From positions 4,720,152-4,784,151 of the forward strand of contig CM119270.1 in assembly GCA_051294375.1 (NCBI GenBank): a stretch of 64,000 nt of DNA, read 5' to 3'. The translations under genes and the position numbers were made by a program. The stretch is from Paraspadella gotoi (lineage: Eukaryota; Animalia; Chaetognatha). Positions 1-15,155 of the stretch are shown piece after piece. The number at the start of each line of letters is the position of its first letter. Within the stretch, counting starts at the first letter, position 1. The notes under the pieces were generated by a model. That model made no database searches, was not told the origin of the DNA, and saw only the letters and a list, made by a program, of their open reading frames with translations.

Positions 1-217
1 GTCGTTAAGCAATACATTTTAATATTTGAGTAAATTGGTAGCTGGCGGTTTACAATCGACAGAAGGTCAAAACAGTTTGTGCTCGACTGGCGTCAGCATT
101 GTATTCAACAGGCGCCTGATGGGAAATGTCGCCAGGCAGATGTCAAAGAGGGAATCGCCTGCGTTTGAAGGTCGTTGTGATGTGAAATATTTTAGTTATT
201 GACTCGTTAATGGCTTT

Positions 218-218
<1 letters not shown>

Positions 219-308
<90 letters not shown>
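219..308. repeat. (AG)n microsatellite, representative of many AG/CT tracts in the window
   Basis: Perfect AG dinucleotide run; similar tracts near 9.9, 12.5, 41.0, 44.3-45.1, 61.2 and 62.0-63.0 kb. Confidence 0.98.
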
Positions 309-313
<5 letters not shown>

Positions 314-2139
314 TGGCCCTTCGGTCGAGGTCATTCCCTCTTTAAGCTTTATGCCCCCTTTTTTCACTTTGGCTCTTTTCGTGAATTTTCCGGTGATGTG
401 AGTAGATAGCGGCGAAGGGAAAACATTCGTTGGTTCAGAAGTGAGAGTCGGAGACGGGCTTCAGTAAATAAATTAGGAATTTTAGTAGCCAATTTTTAAT
501 GTAAAAAAGTTAGTAGCAATTTTTTTAAAATTAGTTAGCTAATCAATTGTACTTATTTCTAAAATGGTTTTTAAAGATATTTTCTTTGAAAAATAAAATT
601 TTCCTTAATAAATATAAAAATAGAACTAAAATAGTCTCATGAAAATTACAGATAAAGAATGATTCTTAATTTATGTCAAATTTTTTTGGAAAAATTCTCG
701 ACGCGAAAAATGTTTTTAGAAAGAGCTAAATCGATTTTGCTCTTTTGTTTCGGCGACAGACCTCACGTGGCGACATCAAACGTCCATTAGGAATCCGATC
801 TCTCCAGGCGATACTAAAGCCTGATTCGGTTGACAGGCCTTTTTTTGGTCGATTATCAGGCTACGGGGAAGACGAGGAAGCAAAAAGGTGAATTCACCAA
901 TACGGGACTGAAATATCTGTGAATTGTAGTGAAAGATGATTTAGTTCATCTGTGACAGGGTTAAAACTAAAACAGTTCACACGAAATAACAAAATAATTG
1001 TCAAACGCAAAGTCATTGCGATTTACTGTTCATTTTACTGTTAACGTTATTCTTTAATTTTTCCCACTTGGGAAAGAGGCTAAAAATATTTAAAATTCCA
1101 GAACGACGAAAAAAAAATGTTCACGGTGTTTTTTTTGGAAAACCGTAAAGTGGCGAGAGAGGGTGAAAAAAAAATACACTAAAAATAATCTGTGTTAAAC
1201 TCCGTTTGAGAATTTGTGAAAAAATAACCTTAAATCACAGAAGAGAAAAAAAAACTGTCGTCAATTTTGAATTTTTTTTTTAAATTCGGCGAAGGAATGT
1301 GAATGTGAAACATCGGTGGTGAAAATGTGTGAAAAGGCTTGGTAATGGGTGGTGGGTGGGGAAAGCTGAGGGTGGTTAAATTGTCATAGTAATTATTAAA
1401 TAGTAATAAGTAATTTCCGAGATGGAAGTGCAACTTACTGCAACTATGATAAATAATGGAGTGATGAAGACGTCATTAGTAATGATAGGCGTCGTAACGT
1501 AACGTAACTTTTTAACGTTAGGGTGTTAAGAAAAGCAGTTTTACAACAAAAAAAAAGAGGGAAATGAGAGAATGTTTTTTTTTTTTTCGTTCAAATTCCT
1601 AGAATCGTGATTCAATTACGAATTCGAATCTTGGAGAATGTGGGCAGCACCTGACAAAGAGGAAGTTTGAAAAAGCTGCACCCGAAAAATCCCGTACAAT
1701 CAGCACAGCTGTAAAAGCCGTTTATAATGACCACTGACCACCATAATATACCAGTGAGACTTGTTAAGAAAATTGTGGTATATAACTATCAAAATTTGTG
1801 CGATTTAGCGAATAAATGCAAAAGCATAGTAACTTTTGGGAATTTCGTGCCGTAAAACTTTGAATGAAATACATACTATTTTTTTTAAAACATTTTCCGC
1901 CATTATTTTCAGGCCTTTTCCCATTCGAGGGTCAAAAACGGTTGTGATCCGTTCACTCCCGAGTCGTGACGAAAATAACCGTGAATGTGGCAACGACGAA
2001 AACTTTGGCGGGAAAACGAGGACGTTAATGAAAAGATGTGAAAAATCGTGGAATGAAAGAGAAGTTGTTAATAAACGGGACACTAATCCTCTTAGGTTTA
2101 CACATGTGATGGATTTAAAAGACCCCGATTGATGTGATG

Positions 2140-4130
2140 GACACGACGACTACGACGGAATGATGATGATATGATGACACGATGACTGAGAACGGGAATG
2201 ATGATGATGATGTTGACGACGACAGATGATGATGATGATGACGACGACGACTACGACGGAAATGATGATGATGATGTTGACGACGACGACAGAAATGATG
2301 ATTGATGACGACACGGCACTACGACGGAATGATGATGATGATGTTGACGACGACGACAGAATGATGAGATGATGATGACGATGACTACGACGGAATTGAT
2401 TAGATGATGATGTTGACGACGACGACGATGATGATGATGTGATGATGATGACGAATGATAGACGGGAATGATGATGATGACGATGACGTTGAAGACTGTG
2501 ATTATTATGACGACGACGACGACGGAATGAATTGATGATGTGTTGACGACGACGAAGAATGATGATGATGATGACGACGACGAGAATGATGATGATGATG
2601 ACGACGACGACACACGAATGATGATGATGATGTGACGACGACGAGCAGATGATTGATGAATGATGACGACGACGACTACGACGAATGATGATGATGATGA
2701 CGACGACGACGACAGAATGATGATGATGATTGATGAGCGATGACGAACAGACACGGAATGATGATGATGATCTAGTGACGACGCGACAGAATGATGATGA
2801 TGATGACGACGACGACTACGACGGAATGATGATGATGATGTTGACGACGACGACAGAATGATGATGATGATGACGACGAACGACTACGACGGAATGATGA
2901 TGATGATGTTGACGACGACGGACAGAATGATGATGATGATGATGACGATGACTACGACGGAATGATGATGATGATATTGACCGACGACGACAGAATGATG
3001 ATGATGATTGATGATGATGGACGATGACTACGACGGAATGATGATGATGAGATGAGTGAACAAGACTGTGATTATATGAGACGACGACGACGGAATTGAT
3101 GTGATTTGGACGCGACGACAGAATGATGATGGAATGGACGACGACAGAATGATGATGATGATGACGACGACGATAGACGGAATGAGATGATGATGTGACG
3201 ACGACGACGAATGATGATGATGATGTACGACGACGACGACGACAGAATGATGATGATGATGATTGACGATGACACGAGGAATGATGATGATGATGTTGAC
3301 ACGACGACAGAATGATGATTGATGATGACGACGGACTACGACGGGATGTGATGATGATGTTACGACTGGACGACCAGAATGATGATGATGATGTCGACGA
3401 CGACTACGACGGAATGATGATGATGATGTGACGACGACGACAGAATGATGATTGATGATGATGACGATGACTACGACGGATGATGATGATGATGTTGACG
3501 ACGACGACGAATGATGATGATGATGATGACGATGACTACGACGAGATGATGATGATGATGTTGACGACGACGACAGATGATGTGATATGATGATAGACGA
3601 CGACGACGTACGACGGAATGATGATGATGTTGACGACGACGACAGAATGATGATGATGCATGACGACGACGACTACGACGAATGATGATGATGATGTATG
3701 ACGACGACGAACAGAATGGATGATGATGATGGCGAGCGACGGAATGATGGATGGATGTGCGGACGACGACGAGCGAGAATATGATGAATGATGATGACGA
3801 TGCTACGGACGGAATGATGATGATGATGATGACGATGACGTTGAAGACTGTGATTATGATGACGACGACGACGACGGAATGATGATGATGTTGACGACGT
3901 CGACAGAATGATGATGATGACGATGACGACGACGGAATGATGATGATGATGATGACGATGACGTTGAAGACTGATTATGATGACGACGACGACGGAATGA
4001 TGATGCCGACGACGCTGAATATTGTCATGATGAAATTTTAATGATAAGGATGATAACGACGATGAATATTGCGTTGGTGACAATACTGAATTTAGTGATG
4101 ATGATAACGACGACGACACAATTATTAACA
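2140..4130. repeat. Compound (GAC)n/(GAT)n minisatellite, ~65-bp higher-order unit
   Basis: Recurring unit GACGACGACTACGACGGAATGATGATGATGATGTTGACGACGACGACAGAATGATGATGAT with many small indels; GGAAT/AGAAT spacers shift the frame in each unit. Confidence 0.93.
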
Positions 4131-4885
4131 TTAGGATGAGAATGATGATGACGATTATTTAAAACTTTGATAACCGATGACAGAGGCGATGTTAAAATCC
4201 GACAAGAACGAAAATAAGTAGAGATGAAGTCTTTAGAACCGATGACATCTGTAATTCTATCTGCGAAAAACAACAACAACAACAGTAGCATAGGCAGCGA
4301 TGGTAATTACCACGACCGTGATAGAATGACTTTATCTGTGACACCGGATGAAATCGGTCGACTTTTTCGCGACATTTTTATCGATTCACTCTGTAGATGG
4401 CGATAAAAATGTTCGCGCTGTGTAACGTTTCAAACGCTTTTTTTTTATTATGAATGGAGAAAAAATGTTTGAAAAATCGAAGGAAACTGGGAAATCATAT
4501 TTTACATTTTGTTATTTTAAAATGTAAACTGTCCGTCGAAGTTTGATTCTTTTTTTTAATAATATTTATCAAAAGACGAATTCCACGAAAAGTTGAGGGG
4601 CGGGGTCTTGTAAATTGCGCAGTTTTTACTGTAGTAAAGATTCTACGGTAAAATAAAGGAAATGAAATCGCGGATTTTTTTCAAACGCATTAAATGTGTA
4701 AAATACTAGTTCTTTTCATGATAGTCCATCAGTTTATACAAACGTTAACAATTAAATTATTCTCTGAGAACAAAATCATTACGAGACAGGAAAATAAAGG
4801 CTTGGGGCGTTTTAATCGAATTGGGTCCAGAGGGTTTGGCGACGAATTTCGGGAGAAAGAGGAGAAGAGGAGAGAGGGAGAGAGA

Positions 4886-4921
<36 letters not shown>

Positions 4922-7900
4922 AAAATCGAAAATCTTAAATTGGGCGTTGGTTGTGATTGAGAATTGGCGAACTTGAAAATAATTGATCCAAGTCGAGAAA
5001 GAATCGAAACAAAGAATCGATCGATTTAAAATTGATTCGTCAATCCTCAATTTGGGCGTGGCCACTGACCATAGAAATGTTCACGAAATTGAAACATCAA
5101 ATGTATAAATTATCATATAATATATTTAATTTAATAAATACATATGCTATCCAGCCTCTGACTATGAACAGAGCACATGGGAGTTATTGTTTTAGTCGTA
5201 CAAAAGTTCCACTTATTTAGGTTTTAGATAATGACAATATAAATGATAATGTGGGCCAAGAGCCTAGAAAATAAATTATCACGCCCTTCATCCTTAAAGG
5301 AGATGAAGAACAAGCTAGAGAACAGCTCTAGTATATTCAAAAAAATCATTCAATGAAACTTTCACAGAACTCTGCTGTTGATTTTTTTTTTCTGTTGAAC
5401 TTGAACGGAAACAACGTATACACGAACTTCCTTTCCCACCGTAAAATTCAAACTAAGTCCGGTTTCAAATGTGGTTAGAAAAAATCGCATAATAACGCAG
5501 AAAACAAAAAAAAAAAAGGTTGTTATCAAAAAAAAGAAGAAGAAATCCGACAAGACTAAATGTTAAATCTTTTTCACGATCGTGTCAGTTTAGTCTATAT
5601 TACTTTCAGTAAAATAATGTGAAAATATTAAGAAAGAAATATACTTTATGCATGTCATTTTTTCTTTCTATTGTTTTTTTTTTGGGCCGTCGACCGGTTT
5701 GCATTAATTGATTAACCAAGTTTTTTTTTCTTCTTCTTCTTCCCAACCTCAGATCGCGAGCGAAACTTTCAAAATAAAATTTCATGTTAAAATGATTTTA
5801 TTTTAGGTCGTAAATTGTTTTAGTTTTCGAATTGAGATTAAAAGAGGATGGGTGGATCATATTCTTATTTTGCTGAGGACGATTTAAAAAACAAAAAAAT
5901 TGAATCGAGTTCTTTGTTCAGAAAATTTGATTTTTTTAAAAAAAACTTTTCGGTTAAGAAAGAAAAAACAACAGGTTTTCTGCCATTTTTTTTTATTGGA
6001 TGTCATTTTTTTTAATTTTTATTAAAAGTCCTTCATTTTCTTTGGACTAAATTAGTAAACGAAGTAAAAACGCGATCATGTGGACTCTTCGTCATCGTCG
6101 TCTGTCGTCGTCCGTCGTCCGTCGTCGTCGTCGTCGCTGTTTTCGAACCTCTAGCCCAGAAAGAGTTGATCAAAGCTCACTAAGGTTTGAATTAAGAAGA
6201 AAGAGAGAGATAGACTGAGGAGAGAGATAGTGAGAAAAGAGAGTTAGTAGAGAGAGGAGTGAGAAGGAAAATATATAACATTGAATCCACGAACACATTA
6301 TATGCTAACATATATAGATTAATTCTGGTCTCGACGAAACGCTAAAAGAGCCGACAAAAAACCGTAGTGTCGGCTCAGGTCTTAGGTAGAAAAGAAAAAG
6401 CGAAACCGACGACGAACGAGTCTCTCGATTCTCTGCTGTTTTGGGGACAAATCTGGGCTGACGACGACGACGACGAACGACGACGATGATGACGACGATG
6501 ACGATGAAGACGACGATGAAGACGAAGACGCGGCGGGAAAAAAATGGCGAGTACGACATGGGCGGCTGCTTCGATAGCGGTATAAAAACAAAATAATAAG
6601 TATGTTTATTTATTTTAAAATGCAATAATATCAATTATAATATTGACTGTTCCTTAAAATTTTTGAATGTCTGATGAAGACGCTTAAGTTTAATAAGGTT
6701 TTTCAAAGTTCAATAAGGTCTCGCCTAATTAACGTCACAAGTTGACCCCTGTCTGGAAAATGCCAACCCCTTTTTCTATTCAGATTCACTCTATTCTTCT
6801 TTTTAAAAAATCCCTTCGCCCGAGGAGGTCGGATTTTTTTTTTTTTTTTTTTTTAGTCTGGATTCGAACCACCCTAGCTGGGTCGCGAACGAGACGTCTG
6901 GTCGAGAGCAACGATCGAGTCCATGACCTGCGCGGGAAAGAAACAAAAGGGCATCGACCCTAGACCGCTTCCCCCCCCCCTCGCCCCCCGCCTTTAACCC
7001 ACCCGCACTCTTTATATCCCTCTTGAAACCACTTTCAATCATCATCACTTTCTCCCAACCACTACATTTACCACCACATTTACCACCACATTAAATTTCC
7101 TTTTTTTCCTCAGCAAATTTTACTTTCGATCTTTTTTTTTGTGGTTTGCCACTTTATTGTCTCCCACTGTTATTCTTTTTTTTCTATTTTATTATTTTTT
7201 TTATATGAAACATAATTATGTGTTCTTTAAAAAGTTATTGTGTCCTTTAAATTTGTCAGATAATAGAAAATACAAAATCTTTTTCAAAACTTTGCAACGA
7301 CAATTGGTCTTCTGATTTGTTTTTAGATTTTTTCAAAGATTTCTCAACTCAATATGATCGAATTTGACATGAAAGTGTAATTAAGATATGTTGATTTAAT
7401 TTTTAATCCTATGAAAGCTATTGATTTTCAACAGAAAACAAGTTTTGAAATTAATATTTGATAAGCGTTGGTGTTTGTTCAAATTTCAAGCAACATTTTA
7501 GAATTTTCTAATTTCTATATTTCGATTTTACATATTTTTTTCTCTATCAAAATGTTTTAAATTATCATAAAATCTTTCATGGTCTCTTTTTTGTCCGATA
7601 TTTTCATCGTTTTAGGCTTAAAGGCCTTTTTTTCCCGCCAGGGGGTCGAATAAGACGGGTCCTCGTTTTGGACTCGAATACATCTCGCGGGACAAGAAAT
7701 TAATTCCTAATCCTAATTTGTTTTGGACTCGAGAGTTCGTCTCGGGCTTAGAATAACAGAGTGGACTTAAAGGAGAGGCGAGAATACAACAATTAAAAAC
7801 AATAACACTTTAAAACAACCTACCTATTATAACGCAAATAAAACAAATAAAAAAAACAAAAAAAACCACGGAAGGCGAGAAAAACATCTTTAATTTTTTA

Positions 7901-8824
7901 AGTTCTAGTTTCTAAAGTTTAAAAGTAATGTTTGACACCTTTATATATCTTTGGTTACAAAAATAAAATTACACCCATGGTTCAAGTATCTTGTTAGACA
8001 ATAAAAAACAATTTTGAATTAAAACTCACCTTTTATAGTTGTATTTTCAATCACGGGGAAGCTTTAATTTATATTAACCCCCATCCACCAAGATGTCAAC
8101 GCAAATAGGAATTGAGATTACTAAGTGTTAAGATGAGGACAGGGTGAGTAAAGTAGGGCGACGGTCATGAGATGATAAAACAGGGTAAGGATGAAATCTG
8201 GCGAGTAAGTAGAAGAGAAAAAAAAGTGGGGTCGTTGGGTACCGACGACGAACGACGACGACGACAAAGACGCGTGTCTAGGTGCCAACTATTCATCAAT
8301 CGAGAGTCATCCAGTTTTATTTCCGCTCAGATGGTAAGATTTATCGATGCCTTTGTAAGATTTTGTCGAAACGAAGTCGTTTTTAAAAAAGACAACAAAA
8401 AACATTTTCAGGCTGATTCTGAGTCAACGTTAAGAAAATCGCGAAAGGGAAGAAATAGATAATAATTAATTATTAGTGCCACAGTAACAGTTCAGCTTAA
8501 GACCTTGAAAGCGATTTACATGTATTGGCGCAGCCACTGGTTAATAATTTTCCTTGAATCTTCGTCGCCGGTGTACGAAATAAAAAAAAAGTTTTCGTCC
8601 GTTGATTAAAATTTGGTAAAATCGAAATTCGGTAGACGAGATCAAGGATGCGCTGTTGTTATTGTTTTTCTTTGTCGTTGTTGTCGTTGACGCCAGCAGA
8701 TTCAACTTTGACTGGATGTGTGACTGTATTTCAATCTGTTACTTAAAGAAAGTATCTATCGCTTACAGTCTTTGAAAATAAATGTCGCATCGAGATCTTT
8801 ATCAAAGCTTTCACTACGTTAATT

Positions 8825-8885
8825 CCCGGGCTCGAACCGGAAACCCAAACTTTCGCATCTCTTCCGCTTAAACATGGCGCCACGA
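8825..8885 (-). mobile_element. Degenerate tRNA-derived (SINE head) fragment
   Basis: Minus strand has A-box-like TGGCGCCATG and B-box GGTTCGAGCCC at Pol III spacing; a similar head lies at ~14888-14941 (TGGCACAGTG...GGTTCGAAT). Confidence 0.45.
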
Positions 8886-8966
8886 CGATTGAAGGGAAAC
8901 TTGTTTCGCCGAGGCTTAAGAAGTCGTTGGAAGTCAGGGGTTATTTCGCCCGGGGCGACGACGGAA

Positions 8967-9004
<38 letters not shown>

Positions 9005-9888
9005 TTCTCTGGATTTTTAGAACCTGATTGATAGATTATTTATTGATTTTGGAGTTTGACGACTGAACCGTTTTATACCAGGAGTGAATATTGGAAAAGA
9101 GATCCTATTTTTAAGTCTCAATTTTATTTTTTTTCCAGTTCATTTTTCTTTTACAATTTCTTCGTGTTACAATTACAGTAGATTTTCGTCGCCTGTCTCT
9201 TAGGAGACCCTGATAATTTTATTTTTGTAAAATTAATAAGCAAATCCTGTTATAGTTTATTTATATCGGGTAAAATTAAAATTCGACGTTAGACATTTGA
9301 CTTTAATTGTCTTCTAATCTCGTTTCGTTTGTAGAAACTTTGCATTGTTTACATTTAGGAAAATGTCAGTTTCGTTTATTAAATCAAATTCGGGCGATTA
9401 TGACAGGAGGCGAAGGCGACGACGAGACGACGACGACGAGCGACGACGATGAAGAAGCGGCGACATAACGTAGCATGGTGATTAAAACTTTTCTAAATAG
9501 GATGAAAGTGAAGATTCCAAGCCAAGAAAGACGATTACGACGACGACGAAGCGACGACGATATCGACGTTGATAACTACGATGACGACGATGTTTCCCAG
9601 AGGTGAACACTTCCGACAAATTTGTTCTCCGGAGGCGAGATTTTCTTTAATTATTTCCGGTCGTGCAAATCCTTGATGATTGATGATGATGACGATGATG
9701 ATGATGATGATATGATGATGATGATTGATGAGATTAGATGATGATGATGATGATGATGAAATGAAGATTACGATGATATGAATTATGTTGCAGTTAATAA
9801 CAATGATTATCATTATAATGTCTAAGATGATAAAGATGCGATGTAAAAGTAGTTGTCTCATTTTCTCTGTCAGTCTCTTCTCCTCTCT

Positions 9889-9964
<76 letters not shown>

Positions 9965-10818
9965 TCTCCAACGTTACTTTACGACTAGATGGGCTTTTGT
10001 TAGTGTTTTTACGATAATTTCCTTCGCTCTACAACTATTTCCTTCAGTTGTATATTTTATTATGACTACGAAACCACCGTCGACTTCGCTTTCAAACAAT
10101 TTTGTTCCTCTACTATTTTTCGTTTTCTTCTCTCCGTCAGAAGAAAAAAGATAGTAAAAATAGCAATTTTTGTGGTTGTCGGTGCCTCAGGGTTAGCGGA
10201 ACAAAAATGATGAGTCTCTTCGTTTCCCAGATTGAATTCCTTCTTCGACTAAACTTTAAATTAAAAGGACGACTAAAGTTTTACTAAGTCATAAAAAAGA
10301 GTAACGAAAAAAGAAAAAAAGACCCAAAATAGGTGATTTAAAGAAAAAGACCAAAAAAGAAAAAAAGAAAGAATACAAAGAAAGAAGAAATTATTTTCCA
10401 CGTGGGCGGAATCGGTTGAGGGCTGCGACGGCGGCGGCAAGGGCGGCGGCGGCGGCGTCGACGACGCTCCCCTTCCATTAGCGGTTTCGTGGCCGCTTCA
10501 CTTTCCTGCTTCTTCACTTCCCCGCTCCTTTCTCTTCCCCCGCAAACCCCGCCGCATTTCACCGTTCACGACTCCGCTTTCTTCTCCCCTCTCCCGTCAC
10601 CACTTCTCCACTGCCTTGCGCCACCCCACCACCACTTTAAATCCAACCACTCATTCCCCCTCCGCCGCTCTTTCTCCCTCCCTCCCTCAATTTTAGAAAA
10701 CGACAAATTTTCCTTTTCTTCCTTTTAATGACATTTTTCATCGTCGCTTCCCTCCTCAAGAAAAGTTTTCGTTGCCGCGACGTTTGTCAAAGAGGAGTTG
10801 AGTCAACAAATTTCCAGC

Positions 10819-10880
10819 TTTTTGCTTGCGGCGCGAATTCACTATAAGTCACTTTTCGGTCGGTCTGTCGGTCTGTTTCT
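10819..10880 (+). mobile_element. Helentron/DINE-1-like non-autonomous element end with (GTCY)n-like tract
   Basis: TTTTTGCTTGCGGCGCG...CTATAAGTCACTTTTCGGTCGGTCTGTCGGTCTG; related reverse-complement copies at ~35845-35905 and ~45365-45440. Confidence 0.5.
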
Positions 10881-11219
10881 AACTGTCGATATCTCGAATA
10901 CATTTTAACTTTGGTAATACTGCATCATTTTAATCAATACTTGGTGGTAAGGTACAACGAGGTTCCATGAGTTTATAATGTTCAATGTACAGATACGTTT
11001 TATTCTTGTTTAGCAACGTGATCATCTGGAAATGTAAACCCGTAAGAATGTCATAACCTTTCCTTTCCTTACCTTTCCTTACCTTCTTCTCTCATTCTTC
11101 CTTACCCTTCCATATGCTCTCCTTTCCACAATATAATCCCTTCACCTTAAATATCACTCCGCCAAATATCACGAGTTCATCTCGCTATGAATCTTCTCCG
11201 GAGCCCTTTCATTTTTAGC

Positions 11220-11410
11220 AGACGACGCCGTCAGTCGTCGCCGCCCGCTGCGGCGTCGTGTGACATCAAGGGACGGCGCCGTTGTTAGTCACGGGACGGC
11301 GCCATCGTTTCGTCGCGAGATGGCACCTTTACATCACGGGCCGGCGCCGTCGTTACGTCATGGATCTGCGACGGCGTATCTTCACGGGATGTCGCGTCGC
11401 CGCGTGACTC
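11220..11410. repeat. Degenerate GC-rich ~23-bp minisatellite
   Basis: Repeated units resembling TCACGGGACGGCGCCGTCGTTACG. Confidence 0.6.
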
Positions 11411-12538
11411 AACTTTTTCTCGGTCGCGCGAAACTCATAAAAAAATGTTCTCGTGAATTTTGGAGGATAGAAAGAAAGACAGAGAGAGAGAGAATGAGAG
11501 AGAGAGAGAGATCAAAAATGAAACGATTTTACGATTTTTCCAGGGGAACAACTATAAGTGACTAAAGATGATCTCATGAAAATTATCTGGAAAAGCAGGA
11601 AACAAAAACTTAGCCAAGCAAGGAATGTAACAAATGAATGTAATAAAATTAAAGAACAATATTTTTTTAATTAATATATTTATTCCCTTTTATATCACTC
11701 ATCTTCGTATTCCAGTTCGATTCGTCGTAAATTCGCCGCGACAATTCGTCGTATCAGCGATTTCCGGTTATTGACGAGATCACCAGCTGTCGATTTCGAA
11801 CCTTTGACCGCTTTGTCCCTCCTCGGAGTCTAATTCCGTAACGAGAGTCGGCTAAGCCAACGAGCTTCCCAACTCGTTTAACCTGAAACGTTGAAATCAG
11901 GCAGAATGAAATTGAATATTTCTTGAATCGAGGAAATCGTGAATTGATCGACAGATGGAATCGCAGGGGGGGCGAGGTGTGGAACAATGAAAGATAATTA
12001 CGATGAGGCCCCGGGAAGTTACGGGTTCCAGCCCGTGCTTATATATTATGCACGTGGAAAATTTAGTAATAAATGAATTGCGAGAATATCGATTTGAAAT
12101 ATACCTGTAGTGACGAATTAAAAATGTTATGAAAAAAAAATTAACAATTTTTCCCCTCTCAGGACGAATGGAAACAAGGAACGAATGACCAGACTTGGCG
12201 ATGATAATCAACCAATCAGGGAAAGACTTGCCAACTAATCAAAGCGAAGAGAACAAAAAGATATGGATTGATGGATGAATAGAGAGGCGAATGGATTTGC
12301 TGTGAAAAACTACGCGATAAGATAAGGGAAAGTTTTTTTTTTAAGACATTAAAAGGAAAGATTAAGTTCGACTCGAGAATGTTATGAATAAACAAAAGAT
12401 TCTATGGACTGTGGAGAAACATTTACAATTTGGATGTAGCCGGTCGAGGAAGATAATGTAAAGATGAACTTCGAAGGCGTCGACGGGGAAAGTCTCTCTC
12501 TCTCTCTCTCTCTGTCTCATGTCTCGTTGTCTCTCTCG

Positions 12539-12590
<52 letters not shown>

Positions 12591-13378
12591 ACACTCTCGA
12601 TCGTAATTCAGGCGAAAACATTTTCTTATCTCTGACGAAAACAAACAGTTTAGGTTCAAGAAAACAAATCCATGTTTACAAAAGAAGATAGGATAAATTT
12701 CCCTTGGAATTCCTTATCGTTTATTTTCAAGACGTCTCAGTTTAGTACGAGGGAATTATATTGATTGTGTAGCCTCGAAAGATATGACGTCTTCGGCGCC
12801 ATTATTTAAAATCGGGGGAAAAAACTTAACTGACAATTTGCGTTCGAACATTTCCTTCTATTTTAGGCCAATTTTTCCCAGAACGCCTCATTTTTTTTCT
12901 TAAATTCGGATTTAAGTAACTTTTTTTAATAAAAAATAAGGTTACAAATTGAGGTTTCAAGGATTAAGGTCAGGAAAATAGGAAAAAAGAGTTCAATTTT
13001 CTTACCATGCGAGAGAGAATATTAGCGTCTCGTCGCAGTCTCTTTAAAATACTAAGCAAAAAGATTAAAATTTAACAATGAAGTTATTTTAAACTTTTAA
13101 ATCCATCGTCGTATTTAGTAGAATTTAGTTAAAAAAGTATTTGATTTTTCGATTACAAAAAAAAAATTCCTTTTTGTTTTTTTTAATCCGTCGATTTGTT
13201 TCGTTTTATTTAGTTTTGTAAAAAAAATTGTTTGGAATTTGTTTTTAATAACGATTATGTATGATTGTGCATGATTACAAAGTGATATATATCCGGTTTC
13301 TATTTTCATTATTTCGACGATGAAAGAAGACAAGACAAAAAAGGCTACAATGGCCGGCACGCGCGGAATGTGTGTGAG

Positions 13379-13421
<43 letters not shown>

Positions 13422-15155
13422 GCGATCGCCACAGGCCGGCCGCTCCCCAAAAATATATAACCTTGAACTCTCTCTCGTAACGAAGGTAAATCCTGGAAAT
13501 GGTTACATTTTTCGGTTCCATCGCGGGATGAACGTCGTTGTTGTTGTAGTCGCCGTCGTCTTCACTTTCGGCGCATTTTTATTCGTCGTCGTTGCCGGCG
13601 TGAGTCCATGCTCGCGTGAATGACGTGAAGTTTGCTGCCACGAGTGGGAGGAGGAGGAAGAGGAGGAAGAGGAGGAGGAAGTGAGAAGGGAAGTAGCAAT
13701 CGAACCTTTCTCTCGAATGGAACAAAGGAAAGAAAGGAAACGGAAAATCACGAGGATTCACGAGGGATGTGAGGCTGAGTGATTCAAAGTGATTCCNNNN
13801 NNNNNNACGAGGGATGTGAGGCCGAGTGATTCAAAGTGATTCCGATGCGAACCAATGCGACCCGAACCTGAGGTAAAATGACCCGGAATGCGAGGTGACC
13901 CAGATCTTGACACGTTATAATTTGCAGTGACCCAGCTCGATTCCTAAAGGTGACCCGAAATGACAAAATGGTCCGGAATGATTTCATTTCGAAAGTGACC
14001 AGATGCCAAATAACCGCTTGTGGATCAGAGGTCAACGGCCGAGCCTTTCCCGCCGTTTCTTTGTTCGCGCTGGCAGCAACGAGGGAGAATCAATTCAGTC
14101 TGATGGTTGTTGTTGTTGTTGTCAAAATGGATTTATCCAATCGGTCCGTCGGTCCTGAGTAAGTCGTTTTGTCGATCAGACTTTTTTTTATAATTTTCAT
14201 TTTAAATATCCTTGCTTAATATCGAAATATTCTAAATAGTTTCTGATGTTAACTTCTAACAAACTCACAAACCGATATGCACCTTTCTTTTCAAACAACT
14301 TTAATTTTTTTAGTTATAAAATCATAGTGTCTTAATATATAACTATCTTGCAAGACCGATGGCGGAACTAAAACCTCGTCAAAACCAGTCCAAAGTCACG
14401 GGAAAAATAGCTTATTTATTGAATTTTTATACAGGATGTTTAAATTTCATGGCATCAATAAATTTTTCCCAAACGAATTAACATATCTTATCTAATTCTA
14501 ACTACTAGTTGGTTAAGTTATTAAATATTAAACGCTTATGTTTAAGAGTTAGGGCGGGGCGTATAGATGACTCGTCAAGGCGCGTCATCCAAATTCGATG
14601 GCGTTTTCGTGTATTCAATCACTGTGTAGGTGGAGGAGGAAGAGGAGGATGAGGCACTTATAGTTAATCGCTGTTTTCGACTATGATTCGACTACCACGA
14701 ACTTACCAATGAAATCATGATTTCATGATTTTATGAATTCATGCTCCTCATTTACTTGTAAATACAGTGCCAGCGCCGAATCCACTGCCGGCGCCGAATC
14801 CGCTTCTGCACTCGTCTGAACAGTTTGCTCGGATCGTAAATTTATAAATTAAAAAAAAAATTAAAATTAAAAAAATTGTTTTTACATATTCGAACCACTG
14901 ACCTTTTTACTCTATCTCTTTTGTTTACTTCACTGTGCCACAATCGAATTTATTAAATAATTGTTCAATTTTTTAAGGATTTCTTGAACGAGATTTTGGT
15001 ATTTATAGAAGACGTAGTCGACATGGAAATGAAACAAAATGTTCCCGACGTCGACGTAGATACTTTATCTATCGAGGAGATGCGGAATCTATTATGATGC
15101 TCGATACCGATGTGTGACAATCTAAAGAAGGTGATTTAAAAAAAAAATAGAATAG

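Noticed and set aside
6665-6715. CTGATGA hammerhead-like core
   Set aside because: No stem II followed by GAAA; other CTGATGA sites I noticed also fail.
143-13761. Many short ORFs rich in RE, SL, poly-S, poly-H or poly-I
   Set aside because: Translations of AG and GAC/GAT microsatellites.
13762-13842. ~36-bp direct repeat flanking a 10-N gap
   Set aside because: Typical unmerged contig overlap.
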